In this document: piece after piece, positions 1 to 10,483 of the stretch | How positions within the stretch are numbered: position 1 is the first letter of the stretch | Layout of the letters: every line of letters begins with the position of its first letter | Assembly (NCBI GenBank): GCA_963727455.1 | Contig: CAVSGG010000009.1 | Coordinates: forward strand, 320,001-384,000 | Origin: Candidatus Krumholzibacteriota bacterium | Lineage (GTDB): Bacteria; Krumholzibacteriota; Krumholzibacteriia; JAJRXK01 | Reading direction: 5' to 3' | DNA: 64,000 nucleotides | Program-made: the position numbers and the translations under genes | Notes under the pieces: generated by a model | Told to the model about the DNA's origin: nothing | What the model saw: the letters and a program-made list of their open reading frames with translations, nothing else | Database searches by the model: none

Positions 1-1
1 C

Positions 2-1825
2 ATCCTGGGGGCCGCAATGAGCTGCCCCGATTGGCCGCTCTGTTACGGGGAGCTTCTCTCCACTCGCCCGGGGACGATTCTCGCCCAGACCCACCGCTAT
101 CTGGCGGCTGCTCTCGCCCTGTTCACCCTGGCTATCGCCATTGCGATCGCGCGCCGGCCAGCTCTGGATCGGGGACTCTTGGAGCTCAGCCGCTCTGCCC
201 TGGTGCTCGTCCTGCTGCAGGCGGCCCTGGGCGGTGTGGCCGTGATTCTGATGCTTCCCACTTTGATTTCGGTGGCCCATCTGGCACTGGGACTCGGGCT
301 CTTCGCGCTGTGCCTCTCCATGACCTTCCGCACCCGTCCGGAGTGGATCGCGCCGCCGGCCACCGAGGTGGATTCGAGGATCACCTCGCTGCACTCCTGG
401 GCCGATCTGGCGATCTCCGCGACCTTCGTGGAGATGCTCTTGGGAGCCTTCCTGCACCAGACCGGGGCCGGGTCCGCACTCGGACTGGGCAAGAGCGCGG
501 CACTTCTGGGCGTGGATCCCGCCACCTCGGTCCACGTCTTTTGGCCCGACGACGCCCCGGGACGCTGGAACATGATCCATCGGCTCTCGGCACTGGTCAC
601 CGCCACTTTGGTCGTGACCAGCGCTTGGAAGGGCCTTCGCTTCGCGCTGAGCGGGGCGGATCGTGGGAACTCCTCGCCCGGCGGGGGGGCCGACCGGGCC
701 GGCCTCATTCTCTCGGTTTCGGCCATGGCTCTGGTGGCAACGCAGCTCTTTCTCGGTGTTTTCGGGCTGATCCACAACCTGGCCCCCCTGTGGGTCTTTC
801 TCCATCTCGCGGTCGCGACTGCGCTCTTCGGGGTCCTCTTGGCCAACCGTCTTCACCTGGGCGCGAGCGTCTTGCCCGAGTTGGACGGACTGGACGCCGC
901 TCTGCGATCGCCTCGCGTCGAGGGCGCAACATCGCGGGGACTCTTCGGTCAAAGCCTGCTCGACGCCTTCGTCTTGACCAAGCCGCGGCTGGCCTTCTTG
1001 GTAATCTTCACTACCGCTGCGGGAATGAAGCTGGCGCCCGGTGGGCTGCCGCTGGGTGAGGCCGCGCTGACCATCCTGTTCGTGACCCTGGTGGTTGCCG
1101 CGGGGACGACCTTGAACATGTACCAGGAACAGGAACCCGACGCCAAGATGGAACGAACCAAGGAGCGACCGCTCCCCGCAGGACGTCTGCATCCACGCGT
1201 GGCTCTGATCCAGGGCTGGGTGCTCGCGTTGAGCGGTTTGGTCGGACTCGCTCTGGTCTCCAACCTGCTTACTACAGGTTTGGCCGCGCTGTCGCTCTTC
1301 GTCTACCTCGGCCTGTACACGCCGATGAAGTCGCGCAGCGTGAGCGCGGTCTATCTGGGGGCCATCCCCGGTGCGCTTCCCATCGCGATGGGTTGGACCG
1401 CGGTGACCGGCGGTTTCGACGGGGGCGCGATCGCGCTCTTCGCGCTTCTCTTCGTCTGGCAGATTCCCCATTTCATTGCGATTTCCCTGTACCGCAAAGA
1501 GGAGTATGCCGCAGCTGGCTTCAAGATTTTTCCCCTGGTCTATGGCGAACGTGTCAGCCTGCGTCACATTTTCGGCACCAGCGTGGGGCTTGCTCTCAGC
1601 AGCCTGTTCCTGAGCCGGTTCTTGGCGCTCCACCTGGGCCTCAGCACCGAGGGTAAGGGAGGGATCTTCTATTTCGCGGTCGCCCTCTCCCTGGGCGGCT
1701 TGATCGTGGCGTCGGCGGTGCGGGGATTTTCACCCCTACGGAACGAAAACTGGGCCAGACGCTTCTTTTTCATTACACTCGTTTACCTGCCGGTTGCGCT
1801 CGGCGTCTTGCTGCTCGACTCGTGA
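2..1825 (+). CDS. ctaB: Heme A synthase (COX15/CtaA) fused to protoheme IX farnesyltransferase (CtaB/CyoE); 5' partial
   Basis: N-terminal CPDWPLC and four His-bearing TM segments (THR, AHL, IHR, LHL). C-terminal LTKPR, DAKMERTKERPLPAG, YTPMK and WQIPHF motifs of CtaB. The frame is open to the window edge. Confidence 0.88.
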   Translation: MLGAAMSCPDWPLCYGELLSTRPGTILAQTHRYLAAALALFTLAIAIAIARRPALDRGLLELSRSALVLVLLQAALGGVAVILMLPTLISVAHLALGLGLFALCLSMTFRTRPEWIAPPATEVDSRITSLHSWADLAISATFVEMLLGAFLHQTGAGSALGLGKSAALLGVDPATSVHVFWPDDAPGRWNMIHRLSALVTATLVVTSAWKGLRFALSGADRGNSSPGGGADRAGLILSVSAMALVATQLFLGVFGLIHNLAPLWVFLHLAVATALFGVLLANRLHLGASVLPELDGLDAALRSPRVEGATSRGLFGQSLLDAFVLTKPRLAFLVIFTTAAGMKLAPGGLPLGEAALTILFVTLVVAAGTTLNMYQEQEPDAKMERTKERPLPAGRLHPRVALIQGWVLALSGLVGLALVSNLLTTGLAALSLFVYLGLYTPMKSRSVSAVYLGAIPGALPIAMGWTAVTGGFDGGAIALFALLFVWQIPHFIAISLYRKEEYAAAGFKIFPLVYGERVSLRHIFGTSVGLALSSLFLSRFLALHLGLSTEGKGGIFYFAVALSLGGLIVASAVRGFSPLRNENWARRFFFITLVYLPVALGVLLLDS

Positions 1826-1912
1826 GTCAAGCTGGGCTGGACCCGAAGCGGATGAAAGTGGCATGATGGGCCACGCTGGAATTTCCCCCCGATCTACGAT
1901 GAGGCCAGCCCC

Positions 1913-2362
1913 ATGACCGAACACGAAATGGAAATATTCCATGGCAGCCTGGAGCGCTGCCTGGGAGGGGACGGATTTGTCGAGAGGTTCTACGAACTGC
2001 TGTGCGACCGCTCCCCGGACATCGCCGAGAAGTTCAAAGACACGGATTTCAAGATTCAAAAGCGCAAGCTCACCTCCTCCCTCTACATGACGATGCTCTT
2101 GGACGATCAGACTCCCGAGGGCGACGTCCACTTCGAACGCATCGCTCAGCTCCACAGCCGCAATGCCCTCGACATCCGGCCCGAGTACTACACCGTCTGG
2201 ATCGAATGCCTAATCGAGGCCGCGCGCGAATACGACCGTTACTTCGATGAGGAGACGGAGAAGGCTTGGCGTCACTTGATGGCGCCGGCGATGGAATTCA
2301 TGAAAACGCGCTACCGGCGAAGCGCGGGGCCGACAGACGAGGATCTCGGGGTCGACTCGTGA
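1913..2362 (+). CDS. Single-domain globin
   Basis: 149 aa. FVERFYE (B helix), F at CD1, QKRKL (E7 Gln), IAQLH (proximal His), Y..W..CL and AW in helices G/H. Confidence 0.8.
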   Translation: MTEHEMEIFHGSLERCLGGDGFVERFYELLCDRSPDIAEKFKDTDFKIQKRKLTSSLYMTMLLDDQTPEGDVHFERIAQLHSRNALDIRPEYYTVWIECLIEAAREYDRYFDEETEKAWRHLMAPAMEFMKTRYRRSAGPTDEDLGVDS

Positions 2363-2422
2363 GTTTCTTCCGAACCCTACCAGACAACGTCCTCTTTCCC
2401 GTATGGGGGTAAAGCTGGATCC

Positions 2423-4648
2423 ATGTCCCTGCTCTCACCAAACGCGGCCGGCGGTTTCCCCGCGATAGCCTATGTTCTCGCCAAAGCGAGAGAGGCCGGG
2501 GGCCTCTTGCAGTTCGTGAAGCGGCTGCGCGGAAGAAACACCTGCAAAACCTGCGCACTGGGAATGGGTGGCCTTTCGGGGGGAATGGTCGACGAATCTG
2601 GCCACTTTCCCGCGATCTGTAAGAAGTCCGTCCAGGCGGTGGCGGGGGATCTGGCCGCCGCCATTCCCGAGGGTTTCTTCAATCGGAACTCGCTGCGCGC
2701 TCTGGCCGCGATGAGTTCGGCGGAACTCGAGAGCCTTGGCCGCCTTTCCTTTCCCATCTTGGCGCGTGCCGGTGATACCCACTATCGGCGTATCTCGTGG
2801 GAGGATGCGCTGAACCTCGCTGCACGCGCGTTCCGGCGGACTCGACCGGAGAGGACCTTCTTTTACGCCAGCGGGCGCTCCTCCAACGAAGCTGCGTTCC
2901 TCCTGCAGCTCGTGGCGCGGGCCTACGGTACCAGCAACGTCAACAACTGCTCGTACTATTGCCATCAGGCCAGTGGAGTCGCGCTCAGCAAGGTGTATGG
3001 CTCGGGAACTTCCAGCGTAGTGCTCGCTGACCTTGCGCGCACCGATCTCGCCGTGGTCATTGGTGCCAATCCGGCTTCCAATCACCCCCGTCTGATCACC
3101 CAGCTCATGCAGCTACGGCGGCGCGGGGGGCAGGTCATCGTCATCAATCCCCTAAAGGAGTTGGGACTGACGAGATTCCGCGTGCCCAGTGATCCACGCA
3201 GTCTTCTCTTCGGTTCGGAAATCGCCAGTCTTTACCTGCAGCCTCACGTGGGAAGTGACATTGCCCTGCTCAAAGCCCTGCTGAAGGGAGTGCTGGAACA
3301 AGGCGGACTCGACGAGACCTACATCGAACACTACACGAGCGGATTTGAAGCGCTGCGAGAGGACCTCGAAGAAAGCTCTTGGGGCGAACTGTACGAAGCT
3401 TGCGGGGTCGACCCTTACCAGATCGAGGGCGCCGTGCGGATGCTCTGCTCCGCGCGCAGCGGAATTCTGCTCTGGGCGATGGGACTCACCCACCATGCCT
3501 TCGGCGTGGACAACATTTTGGCCGTGGCCAATTTGGCGTTGGCGCGCGGCTGGTTGGGACGTCCGGGCTGCGGCCTCTTGCCGATTCGCGGCCACTCCAA
3601 CGTGCAGGGAGTGGGTTCGGTCGGAGTGACTCCGGCGCTGAAGCAGGCCTTCGCCGAGAAGCTGGAGGGCCTCTACGGAGTACCCACCACGCTCCCGCCG
3701 GGGATGGACACCTACGCCTGCATGGAAGCCGCACAGCGCGGAGAGATCGATGCGGCGCTGCTTTTGGGAGGAAATCTTTTTGGCGCCAATCCGGACGCGA
3801 ATTGGGCCTCTGCTGCGCTGAACAAGATCCCCTTTCTCATGCAGGTTTCCACCAAGCTGAACACGGGCCACCTGGCCGGACGCGGACGCGAGACTCTCGT
3901 GTTGCCGGCCCTGACCCGCGACGAGGAACTGCAGGCAACGAGCCAGGAAAGCATGTTCAACTTCGTGCGTCTCAGCGTGGGTGGAGAGCAATCGCCCGCA
4001 AGCGGACTGCGTGCCGCTACTCAGAGAGATCGGCCGCTGGAGAACGGGCGGGGAGCGCGGGGAGAGGTCCAGATCCTGGCTTCGCTGGCCCATCGGATTC
4101 TCCCCGAGGGGCGTTTCGATTGGAGCAAACTGAGAAACCACGAGTCGCTGCGCGAAAGCATCGCGGCGGTGGTTCCCGGCTACGAGGCGATCGCCAAGCT
4201 GGGCGTCGGGGGCGAGGAATTCCAGATCGCAGGAAGGACCTTCCATCGGCCCAGCTTCGCCACCGCGGACAAAAGAGCCCACTTCCACACGACTCCCCTG
4301 CCCCACTGGCGCCCCAAGGCCGGTCGTTTTCGCCTCATGACTCTCCGCAGCGAGGGGCAGTTCAATTCGGTGGTCTACGAGGAGGAGGACTTTTACCGCA
4401 ACTCCGCGCCGCGCAATGCCGCACTGATGGCGGCGGCAGATCTACGTCGTCTCGCGCTACGGAACGGTCAGCGAATCCGCGTAGAATCCGCCGCGGGCGG
4501 AATGGATGCCGTGGCCTGGGCAGCGGATCTGCCGGCCGGCAACATCGCCATGTACTATCCAGAAGCCAACGTACTCGTGCCCCGCAATCTCGATCCCCGC
4601 TCGCACACCCCTGCCTTCAAATCGGTCGAAGTCCGGATTCGGACTTGA
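2423..4648 (+). CDS. FdhF/YdeP-family molybdopterin oxidoreductase
   Basis: FYASGRSSNEAAFL, NNCSYYCHQASG, PIRGHSNVQG, TLRSEGQFNS, YYPEANVL and PAFKS motifs. Confidence 0.9.
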   Translation: MSLLSPNAAGGFPAIAYVLAKAREAGGLLQFVKRLRGRNTCKTCALGMGGLSGGMVDESGHFPAICKKSVQAVAGDLAAAIPEGFFNRNSLRALAAMSSAELESLGRLSFPILARAGDTHYRRISWEDALNLAARAFRRTRPERTFFYASGRSSNEAAFLLQLVARAYGTSNVNNCSYYCHQASGVALSKVYGSGTSSVVLADLARTDLAVVIGANPASNHPRLITQLMQLRRRGGQVIVINPLKELGLTRFRVPSDPRSLLFGSEIASLYLQPHVGSDIALLKALLKGVLEQGGLDETYIEHYTSGFEALREDLEESSWGELYEACGVDPYQIEGAVRMLCSARSGILLWAMGLTHHAFGVDNILAVANLALARGWLGRPGCGLLPIRGHSNVQGVGSVGVTPALKQAFAEKLEGLYGVPTTLPPGMDTYACMEAAQRGEIDAALLLGGNLFGANPDANWASAALNKIPFLMQVSTKLNTGHLAGRGRETLVLPALTRDEELQATSQESMFNFVRLSVGGEQSPASGLRAATQRDRPLENGRGARGEVQILASLAHRILPEGRFDWSKLRNHESLRESIAAVVPGYEAIAKLGVGGEEFQIAGRTFHRPSFATADKRAHFHTTPLPHWRPKAGRFRLMTLRSEGQFNSVVYEEEDFYRNSAPRNAALMAAADLRRLALRNGQRIRVESAAGGMDAVAWAADLPAGNIAMYYPEANVLVPRNLDPRSHTPAFKSVEVRIRT

Positions 4649-4664
4649 TCCTCCCCGGCCTCGT

Positions 4665-5414
4665 TCAGCTCTTCCGTTTGGCCTGATCGGCGACTGCCTT
4701 GGCTGCGGCCGCGATCGCGTCGGGATCTCCCAGATAGTAGTGCTTCAGGGGCTTCAGGTTTTCGTTTAGTTCGTAGACGAGAGGAACCCCGGTGGGGATG
4801 TTCAGGGAGACGATCTCCTCGTCGGAAACCGCATCCAAAAATTTTACCAGCGCGCGCAGACTGTTGCCGTGCGCGACAAGAAGGAGTCGCTGTCCGCTCT
4901 TCACCAGAGGCGCGATGTCCTGTTGCCACAGCGGCAAAAAACGTTTCACGGTTAGTTCTAGGCTCTCAGTGCAGGGAATCTCCTCTGGAGCGAGAGAAGC
5001 GTAGCGGCGATCGTGCCCTGGCCAACGAGGATCGCTCGTTTCGAGCGCGGGCGGCGGCGTGGCGTAGCTCCGCCGCCAGAGCATCACCTGCTCGTCGCCA
5101 TGTTTCTCGGCCGTCTCCGCCTTGTTCAGGCCCTGGAGAGCTCCGTAGTGCCGTTCGTTCAGCCGCCAGTCTCTGATCACCGGCAACCACATGCGATCCA
5201 TCTCCTCCATCACCAACCACATGGTCTTGATCGCACGCATGAGAACCGAGGTGTAGATCAAATCGAAATCGTAAGCTTCGGCCTTCATGATCCGGCCGGA
5301 TTGGATGGCCTCGTTGATCCCCTGTTCGGTGAGATCCACGTCAGTCCAGCCCGTGAAACGGTTTTCCAGATTCCAAGTGGACTGGCCATGACGCAAAAGA
5401 ACCAGCTTGTGCAT
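4665..5414 (-). CDS. gpmA: 2,3-bisphosphoglycerate-dependent phosphoglycerate mutase
   Basis: [38 protein letters not shown]. Confidence 0.97.
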   Translation of the reverse strand: MHKLVLLRHGQSTWNLENRFTGWTDVDLTEQGINEAIQSGRIMKAEAYDFDLIYTSVLMRAIKTMWLVMEEMDRMWLPVIRDWRLNERHYGALQGLNKAETAEKHGDEQVMLWRRSYATPPPALETSDPRWPGHDRRYASLAPEEIPCTESLELTVKRFLPLWQQDIAPLVKSGQRLLLVAHGNSLRALVKFLDAVSDEEIVSLNIPTGVPLVYELNENLKPLKHYYLGDPDAIAAAAKAVADQAKRKS

Positions 5415-5605
5415 ATCGATTCCCTTCGGGAAAGGACGGCGTGATCGACTGCCCGCTGGTCACATTCTAACACCTGGGCCGCCAGGATGCACCGACTCCG
5501 GCGCTCTCAGTTGCCCTTGTGACCGGGCCGTTCGCTGAGTAGGCTTGAGCCTTAAGGGGTGAGCTGGAGCGACCTTCCCACAATTCAGCCTCTGAACTCT
5601 CGGGA

Positions 5606-7144
5606 GTGAACATGGCGATCGTAGTGACGGGCAAGAACCTGCGGATCGAGGACCTTGTGCGCGTGGCACGGCAGGGCGAAGCGGTCGAACTTGATTCCGA
5701 TGCCCGGCAACGGATCTCTCAATGCCGCGAATTGCTCGAACGAAAGATCGACGAGGGCGAGGTCATGTACGGGGTCAACACCGGCATCGGAGAGCTCGCC
5801 AGTGTCGCGCTCGAGCCCGAGCAGGTGCAGAAATTCCAGCGCTACCTCATCTACAACCATTCTGCGGGGATCGGTGAGCCCGCACCCTTGGAGCATGTGC
5901 GCGCCGCCATGTTGGCGCGCGTCAACGTTCACGCACACGGGAATTCCGGGTGCCGTCCCATCATCACCCAGACTTACTTGGACATGCTCAACCGCGGAGT
6001 CACCCCGGTGGTCTGCGAGAAGGGCAGCGTGGGGGCCTGCGGGGATCTCGCGCCCATGAGTCAGATCGCGCTCTCCCTGATGGGAGAGGGAGAATGCTTC
6101 TACCGGGATCATCGCATGTCCACGCGGGAGGCCATGACACAGGCCGAGATCGAAATCCCCGGTCTTCAGGCCCGTGACGGTCTGGCCGCGATCAACGGTT
6201 CCAATCTGCTCACTGCGATCTCCGCGCTGGTGGCGTACGAGGCCGAAATCTGGCTGAAACACGCGGAAATTGCCGCGGCCATGAGTCTCGATGCGCTCGG
6301 AGCAAATCTCAAACCCTACGATCGCCGCCTGCACGAGCTTCGCGGTTTTCACGGGGCGGTCGTCTCGGCCGAGAACTTGAAGCTCGTTTTGGCGGGAGGA
6401 GATCTGGCCGAAGGCGGAAAACTGAAAGTGAAGGTCCAGGATTCCTACAGCATGCGTAGCACTCCCCAAGTCATTGGCGCTGCGCGCGATCAGCTTCGCT
6501 GGACCAAAGAACAGATCGAAGTGGAGCTGAACGGGGTCGGCGATAATCCCATTTTCTTGCCCGAGGAAGATACTGTGCTCACCGGCGCCAACTTCCAGGG
6601 GACGCCAGTCTCCTTGCCGATGGAAGGCCTGGGAGCAGCCATCACCATGGTCTGCGTCCTGAGCGAGCGTCGCCTCAATCGGCTCCTCAACCCCAAATTA
6701 TCGGACGGTCTGCCTGCGTTCTTGACCAAGGGCGCGGGGATGTTCAGCGGTCTCATGCTGAGTCAATACACGGCGGACGCGCTCATCGTGGAGCAACGCA
6801 TCCTCTCCACTCCGGCTTGCACACAGAGTATCCCGGCCGCGGCCGACCAGGAGGACTTCGTGAGCATGGGAATGAACACCGCACTCAAGAGCCGACAGAT
6901 CATGGACAATGCCTACGGAGTGCTTGGCATCGAGTTGATGGCCGCCGCGCAGGCTCTGGATTTTCGCGGGTGGAAGCCGGGCCAAGGCTGTGAGGCGGCA
7001 CGGGGCGCCATCCGGAAGCAGGTCGAACATCTGGAGGAAGATCGTCCCCTCTTCAACGACCACAATGCCATGAGCAAGCTGGTGCGAAGCGGAGAAATTC
7101 TCGCCGCGGTCGAAGGAAGTGTCGGTCCCCTCGCAAGTTCTTGA
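5606..7144 (+). CDS. Aromatic amino acid ammonia-lyase (HAL/PAL/TAL family) with non-canonical ACG MIO triad
   Basis: YGVNTG, GSVGACGDLAP, AINGS, QDSYSMR, DNP, NFQG and QEDFVSMG motifs. Confidence 0.9.
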   Translation: MNMAIVVTGKNLRIEDLVRVARQGEAVELDSDARQRISQCRELLERKIDEGEVMYGVNTGIGELASVALEPEQVQKFQRYLIYNHSAGIGEPAPLEHVRAAMLARVNVHAHGNSGCRPIITQTYLDMLNRGVTPVVCEKGSVGACGDLAPMSQIALSLMGEGECFYRDHRMSTREAMTQAEIEIPGLQARDGLAAINGSNLLTAISALVAYEAEIWLKHAEIAAAMSLDALGANLKPYDRRLHELRGFHGAVVSAENLKLVLAGGDLAEGGKLKVKVQDSYSMRSTPQVIGAARDQLRWTKEQIEVELNGVGDNPIFLPEEDTVLTGANFQGTPVSLPMEGLGAAITMVCVLSERRLNRLLNPKLSDGLPAFLTKGAGMFSGLMLSQYTADALIVEQRILSTPACTQSIPAAADQEDFVSMGMNTALKSRQIMDNAYGVLGIELMAAAQALDFRGWKPGQGCEAARGAIRKQVEHLEEDRPLFNDHNAMSKLVRSGEILAAVEGSVGPLASS

Positions 7145-7201
7145 GGGATCTTGGCAGAACCGCCCTGGGCGGAAGCGCTCGCGGCCTGGCCGAGGGAGGG
7201 C

Positions 7202-8236
7202 TCAGTAACTCGTTCCGTCCTCGCCGACTTTTCCGGCGAACTTGCGATACATCCAGCTCGAGTAGGCCATTGCGATCAACATTCCGGGGATCCACCAGTA
7301 GAGCCCCAGCTTGAGGCCCGAGAGCGGAGCGGCCGCGTTGTGAATATCGAGGCTCAATCCGGTGTCACCCAGGGCCGGAAGCACCAGGGGATAAACGCCG
7401 GCCACTACCGCACCCAGCATGCCCGCCAGATAGGCGCACGAAGCGTAGAATGCGCTCAGCTCCTTTCCACGGCGTGGAAACCAGAAAAGACCGAAGAGCC
7501 CGGCGAGCGCCAACAACGGGAAAAAGTAGCGCCAAGGCTGCGCGTTCAGGTGCTGCAGAATCACCGGCTGAATTCTAAAAGTGGCGACGGTGAGAATCAG
7601 GGTGAGAAGTAGCTGCACCGGCACGAGGATTCCAATCTTGTGCAGCGAGCGCTGCTGCATGGGACCACTCGTCTTCAGGTTCAACCAAGTGGCCCCCTGC
7701 AGCGTCAGCGCGACCACCGCGGTCACTCCCACCAGCACGGTATAGATATCCAGAACTCCCACGCTGTGACGCCCCCCCAGCCACATGGGCGCGAAGAACC
7801 TGCCGCTGGAATCCAGCGGGACGCCGCGCACGACGTTTCCCAGCGCCACTCCGAAGAACAACGCCAAGAGAAAGGAACTGAGCACGAAGATCGAGTCCCA
7901 CAGCGAACGCCAAATCGGGGCCTCGAGATGCGAGCGGAGTTCGATGGAAATTCCGCGACCCATCAAGAGCCACAACACCATGTTCAAGGGCAGATAAAAG
8001 CCGCTGAACGCGCTGGCGTAGAGTAGGGGAAAAGCGAAGTAGAGCGTTCCCCCCGCGGCCAGCAGCCACACTTCGTTGCCATCCCACACCGGCCCAATCG
8101 TGGCCAGGGCGAGACGACGCTCCTCGTCGCTTCGAGCGACGAGGCGATGCAGAATTCCCACTCCCAGATCGAAACCGTCGAGAAGCACGTACATCACGAT
8201 CATGAATGCCACAAAACAAAACCAGATCGTCTGCAA
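7202..8236 (-). CDS. cydB: Cytochrome bd ubiquinol oxidase subunit II
   Basis: YVLLDGFDLGVG, IGPVWDGNEVWL, FAFPLLYA; immediately downstream of cydA; TTG start. Confidence 0.95.
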   Translation of the reverse strand: MQTIWFCFVAFMIVMYVLLDGFDLGVGILHRLVARSDEERRLALATIGPVWDGNEVWLLAAGGTLYFAFPLLYASAFSGFYLPLNMVLWLLMGRGISIELRSHLEAPIWRSLWDSIFVLSSFLLALFFGVALGNVVRGVPLDSSGRFFAPMWLGGRHSVGVLDIYTVLVGVTAVVALTLQGATWLNLKTSGPMQQRSLHKIGILVPVQLLLTLILTVATFRIQPVILQHLNAQPWRYFFPLLALAGLFGLFWFPRRGKELSAFYASCAYLAGMLGAVVAGVYPLVLPALGDTGLSLDIHNAAAPLSGLKLGLYWWIPGMLIAMAYSSWMYRKFAGKVGEDGTSY

Positions 8237-8250
8237 GGGAATCCTCCCGA

Positions 8251-9582
8251 TCAGTGTGAAGTTTCGCTTTCGGGACCACGCTGGATTTCACGCCACATCA
8301 ACAGGATGAAGAGGAGCGAAAGCAATGTGTACATGCCCATGAACCCCATGAGGGTGAAGATACCGTTGCCCGCCGAGACCGTATCGCTATAGCCATCTTG
8401 CGTGCGCAACAGGCCGTACACGAGCCAGGGCTGTCGTCCCAGCTCCGCGGTGAGCCATCCCGCCGTGTTGGTGATGTAGGGAAAGGGAAACAAGATCACG
8501 AGCGCCCAGAGAAAGAAGCGGCTCTGAAAGAGCTTCCCCCGCGCGAGCCAAATCATGCTCAACCCCAAGAGCAGAATGAAGATCGTGCCCAGACCCACCA
8601 TGATGTGATACGCGAAATAGAGCAGCGGAATGTTGTCCGGCCAGTCACGCTTGGGGAAGGTGGTGAGCCCCGGTACCTCCGAGCGCAGCCGGCTGGTAGT
8701 GAGGAAGCTCAGCGCCTTGGGAATCTTGATCGGATTGTCCAGGCTCTGCCGCTCCACGTCCGGTTGACCGATCAGAACCAACGGCGCGCCCGCTTCACTC
8801 TGAAAGAGACCTTCCATCGCGGCGAGAGCGGCCGGCTGATGCTTCGCCACCATCCTTGCGTGAAAATCCCCGGTGGGAAAGGCCAGGGCGATGGCCGCGA
8901 TCAGCCCGGCCGGTACCCCCACGCGCAAGAAGCGTCTAGCGACTTTGACTTCACGATCTTGCAAAAGGTAGAAGGCACCGGCCGCGCTCACGAAGATGGC
9001 GGCGGTGACGGTGGTGCCCATCATCGTGTGGAGGTACTGCCAGAGTCCCCAGGGATTCAGAAGGAACTGGCCCAAACTCGTCAGGGCCACTCCCCCGTTC
9101 GCTGTGAGCTCGAAGCCGCGTGGATACTGCATCCAGGCGTCCGTGATCACGATGAAGTAACCGGACAACCAGGATCCGACGAAGACTAATAGTGAAGCGA
9201 CCCAGTGTACGCGTGGACCGAAACGCTTTTCACCGAAGAGGAGAATTCCCAGAAAACTCGATTCCAAAAAGAACGCGAAGACGCCTTCCATGGCCAAACT
9301 CTGGCCGATCACTCCCCCTGCGAAGATGGAGAATCGAGACCAGCTGGTGCCGAACTGGAACTCCAGAGGAATGCCGGTTACGACGCCCATCGCAAAATTG
9401 ATGGCGAAAAGTCGAATCCAAAAACGCGCGGCATGGTTCCACTCTTCCTTCTGCGTCCTGATGGCCAGGCTCTTCATCAAGAAGATGAGCAGGGCCAATC
9501 CCATGGTGAGTTGCGGAAAGAGGTAGTGGTAGGTGACGGTGAACGCGAAGTGGAAACGGTGAACGGCGAGCGCAGTGTCCAT
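8251..9582 (-). CDS. cydA: Cytochrome bd ubiquinol oxidase subunit I
   Basis: RFHFAFTVTYHYLF, GVVTGIPLEFQFG, AFFLES, QPAALAAMEG and ELGRQPW. Start moved to ATG at 9582 (MDTALAV). Confidence 0.95.
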   Translation of the reverse strand: MDTALAVHRFHFAFTVTYHYLFPQLTMGLALLIFLMKSLAIRTQKEEWNHAARFWIRLFAINFAMGVVTGIPLEFQFGTSWSRFSIFAGGVIGQSLAMEGVFAFFLESSFLGILLFGEKRFGPRVHWVASLLVFVGSWLSGYFIVITDAWMQYPRGFELTANGGVALTSLGQFLLNPWGLWQYLHTMMGTTVTAAIFVSAAGAFYLLQDREVKVARRFLRVGVPAGLIAAIALAFPTGDFHARMVAKHQPAALAAMEGLFQSEAGAPLVLIGQPDVERQSLDNPIKIPKALSFLTTSRLRSEVPGLTTFPKRDWPDNIPLLYFAYHIMVGLGTIFILLLGLSMIWLARGKLFQSRFFLWALVILFPFPYITNTAGWLTAELGRQPWLVYGLLRTQDGYSDTVSAGNGIFTLMGFMGMYTLLSLLFILLMWREIQRGPESETSH

Positions 9583-9847
9583 CTTTTCGTCTGTACCTTC
9601 CTGAGAAGAGGCCAGGACTTGGAACCCGGAGCCCGTAGATACTACGGGCGAACTCAGGCTCGTCCATCCGTCCCAAGAACGTCCCTGGCGAATGTGATAC
9701 AAGGGATTGCGCTAGACAAGAACTTCCCCCGCGAATACAGCGGAGTGCGTAGGCGCGGAAGGCGCCGCTGGCTTGCGGCATCCTCGATTCGCCCTTACTC
9801 TGGGCCAGGCCGCCGCCAATCGAGGATACCCACAGGAGGAAACATCG

Positions 9848-10435
9848 ATGTCCCTGGTCGGCAAGCAAGCCCCGGATTTCATTCTCGAGGGCTATTTCAA
9901 CAAAAATTTCGAGACCTTCAAACTCAGCGATTATCGCGGGAAGTGGGTCTATCTACTCTATTATCCGCTCGACTTCACCTTCGTGTGCCCCACGGAAGTA
10001 CTCGAGTTCAGCAAGATGGCCGCGGAGTTCCGCAAGTTGAACTGTGCTCTCTTCGGAATCTCCATCGACAGCAAGTTCGTCCACAAGGCCTGGGTGGATG
10101 GAAAGGCCGAGGATGGCGCTCTGGGTGGAAGCCTGGACTATCCTCTACTCGCGGACGTCACGAAGACGACGGCGGCCAACTACGGCGTCCTGCTGGAGGA
10201 GTCGGGAGTTGCCTTGCGCGGACTCTTCCTCATCAGCCCCGAGGGCGTCGTCATGCAGGAGACGATCAACAATCTCTCGGTCGGTCGTAACGCCAAGGAA
10301 GCAATCCGCTTGCTGAAAGCCTTCCAATACGTAACCAGCCACGAGGGCGAGGTGTGCCCCGCGGGCTGGGACGAAGGCGCGGACACCATGAAGGCCAGCT
10401 CAGAAGGCATGGCGGAGTATCTCAGCAGCCACTGA
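9848..10435 (+). CDS. ahpC: Typical 2-Cys peroxiredoxin (AhpC/TSA)
   Basis: YPLDFTFVCPTE and GEVCPAGW; AGGAGG RBS before ATG 9848. Confidence 0.92.
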   Translation: MSLVGKQAPDFILEGYFNKNFETFKLSDYRGKWVYLLYYPLDFTFVCPTEVLEFSKMAAEFRKLNCALFGISIDSKFVHKAWVDGKAEDGALGGSLDYPLLADVTKTTAANYGVLLEESGVALRGLFLISPEGVVMQETINNLSVGRNAKEAIRLLKAFQYVTSHEGEVCPAGWDEGADTMKASSEGMAEYLSSH

Positions 10436-10459
10436 GGACGAATCCAGCGCGATGAAAAC

Positions 10460-10483
10460 GGGCGGAGCCGAATGGTTCCGCCC
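10460..10483. terminator. GC-rich hairpin, probable intrinsic terminator between convergent genes
   Basis: GGGCGGAGCC-GAAT-GGTTCCGCCC, preceded by AAAA (a U-tract on the minus strand). Confidence 0.6.
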
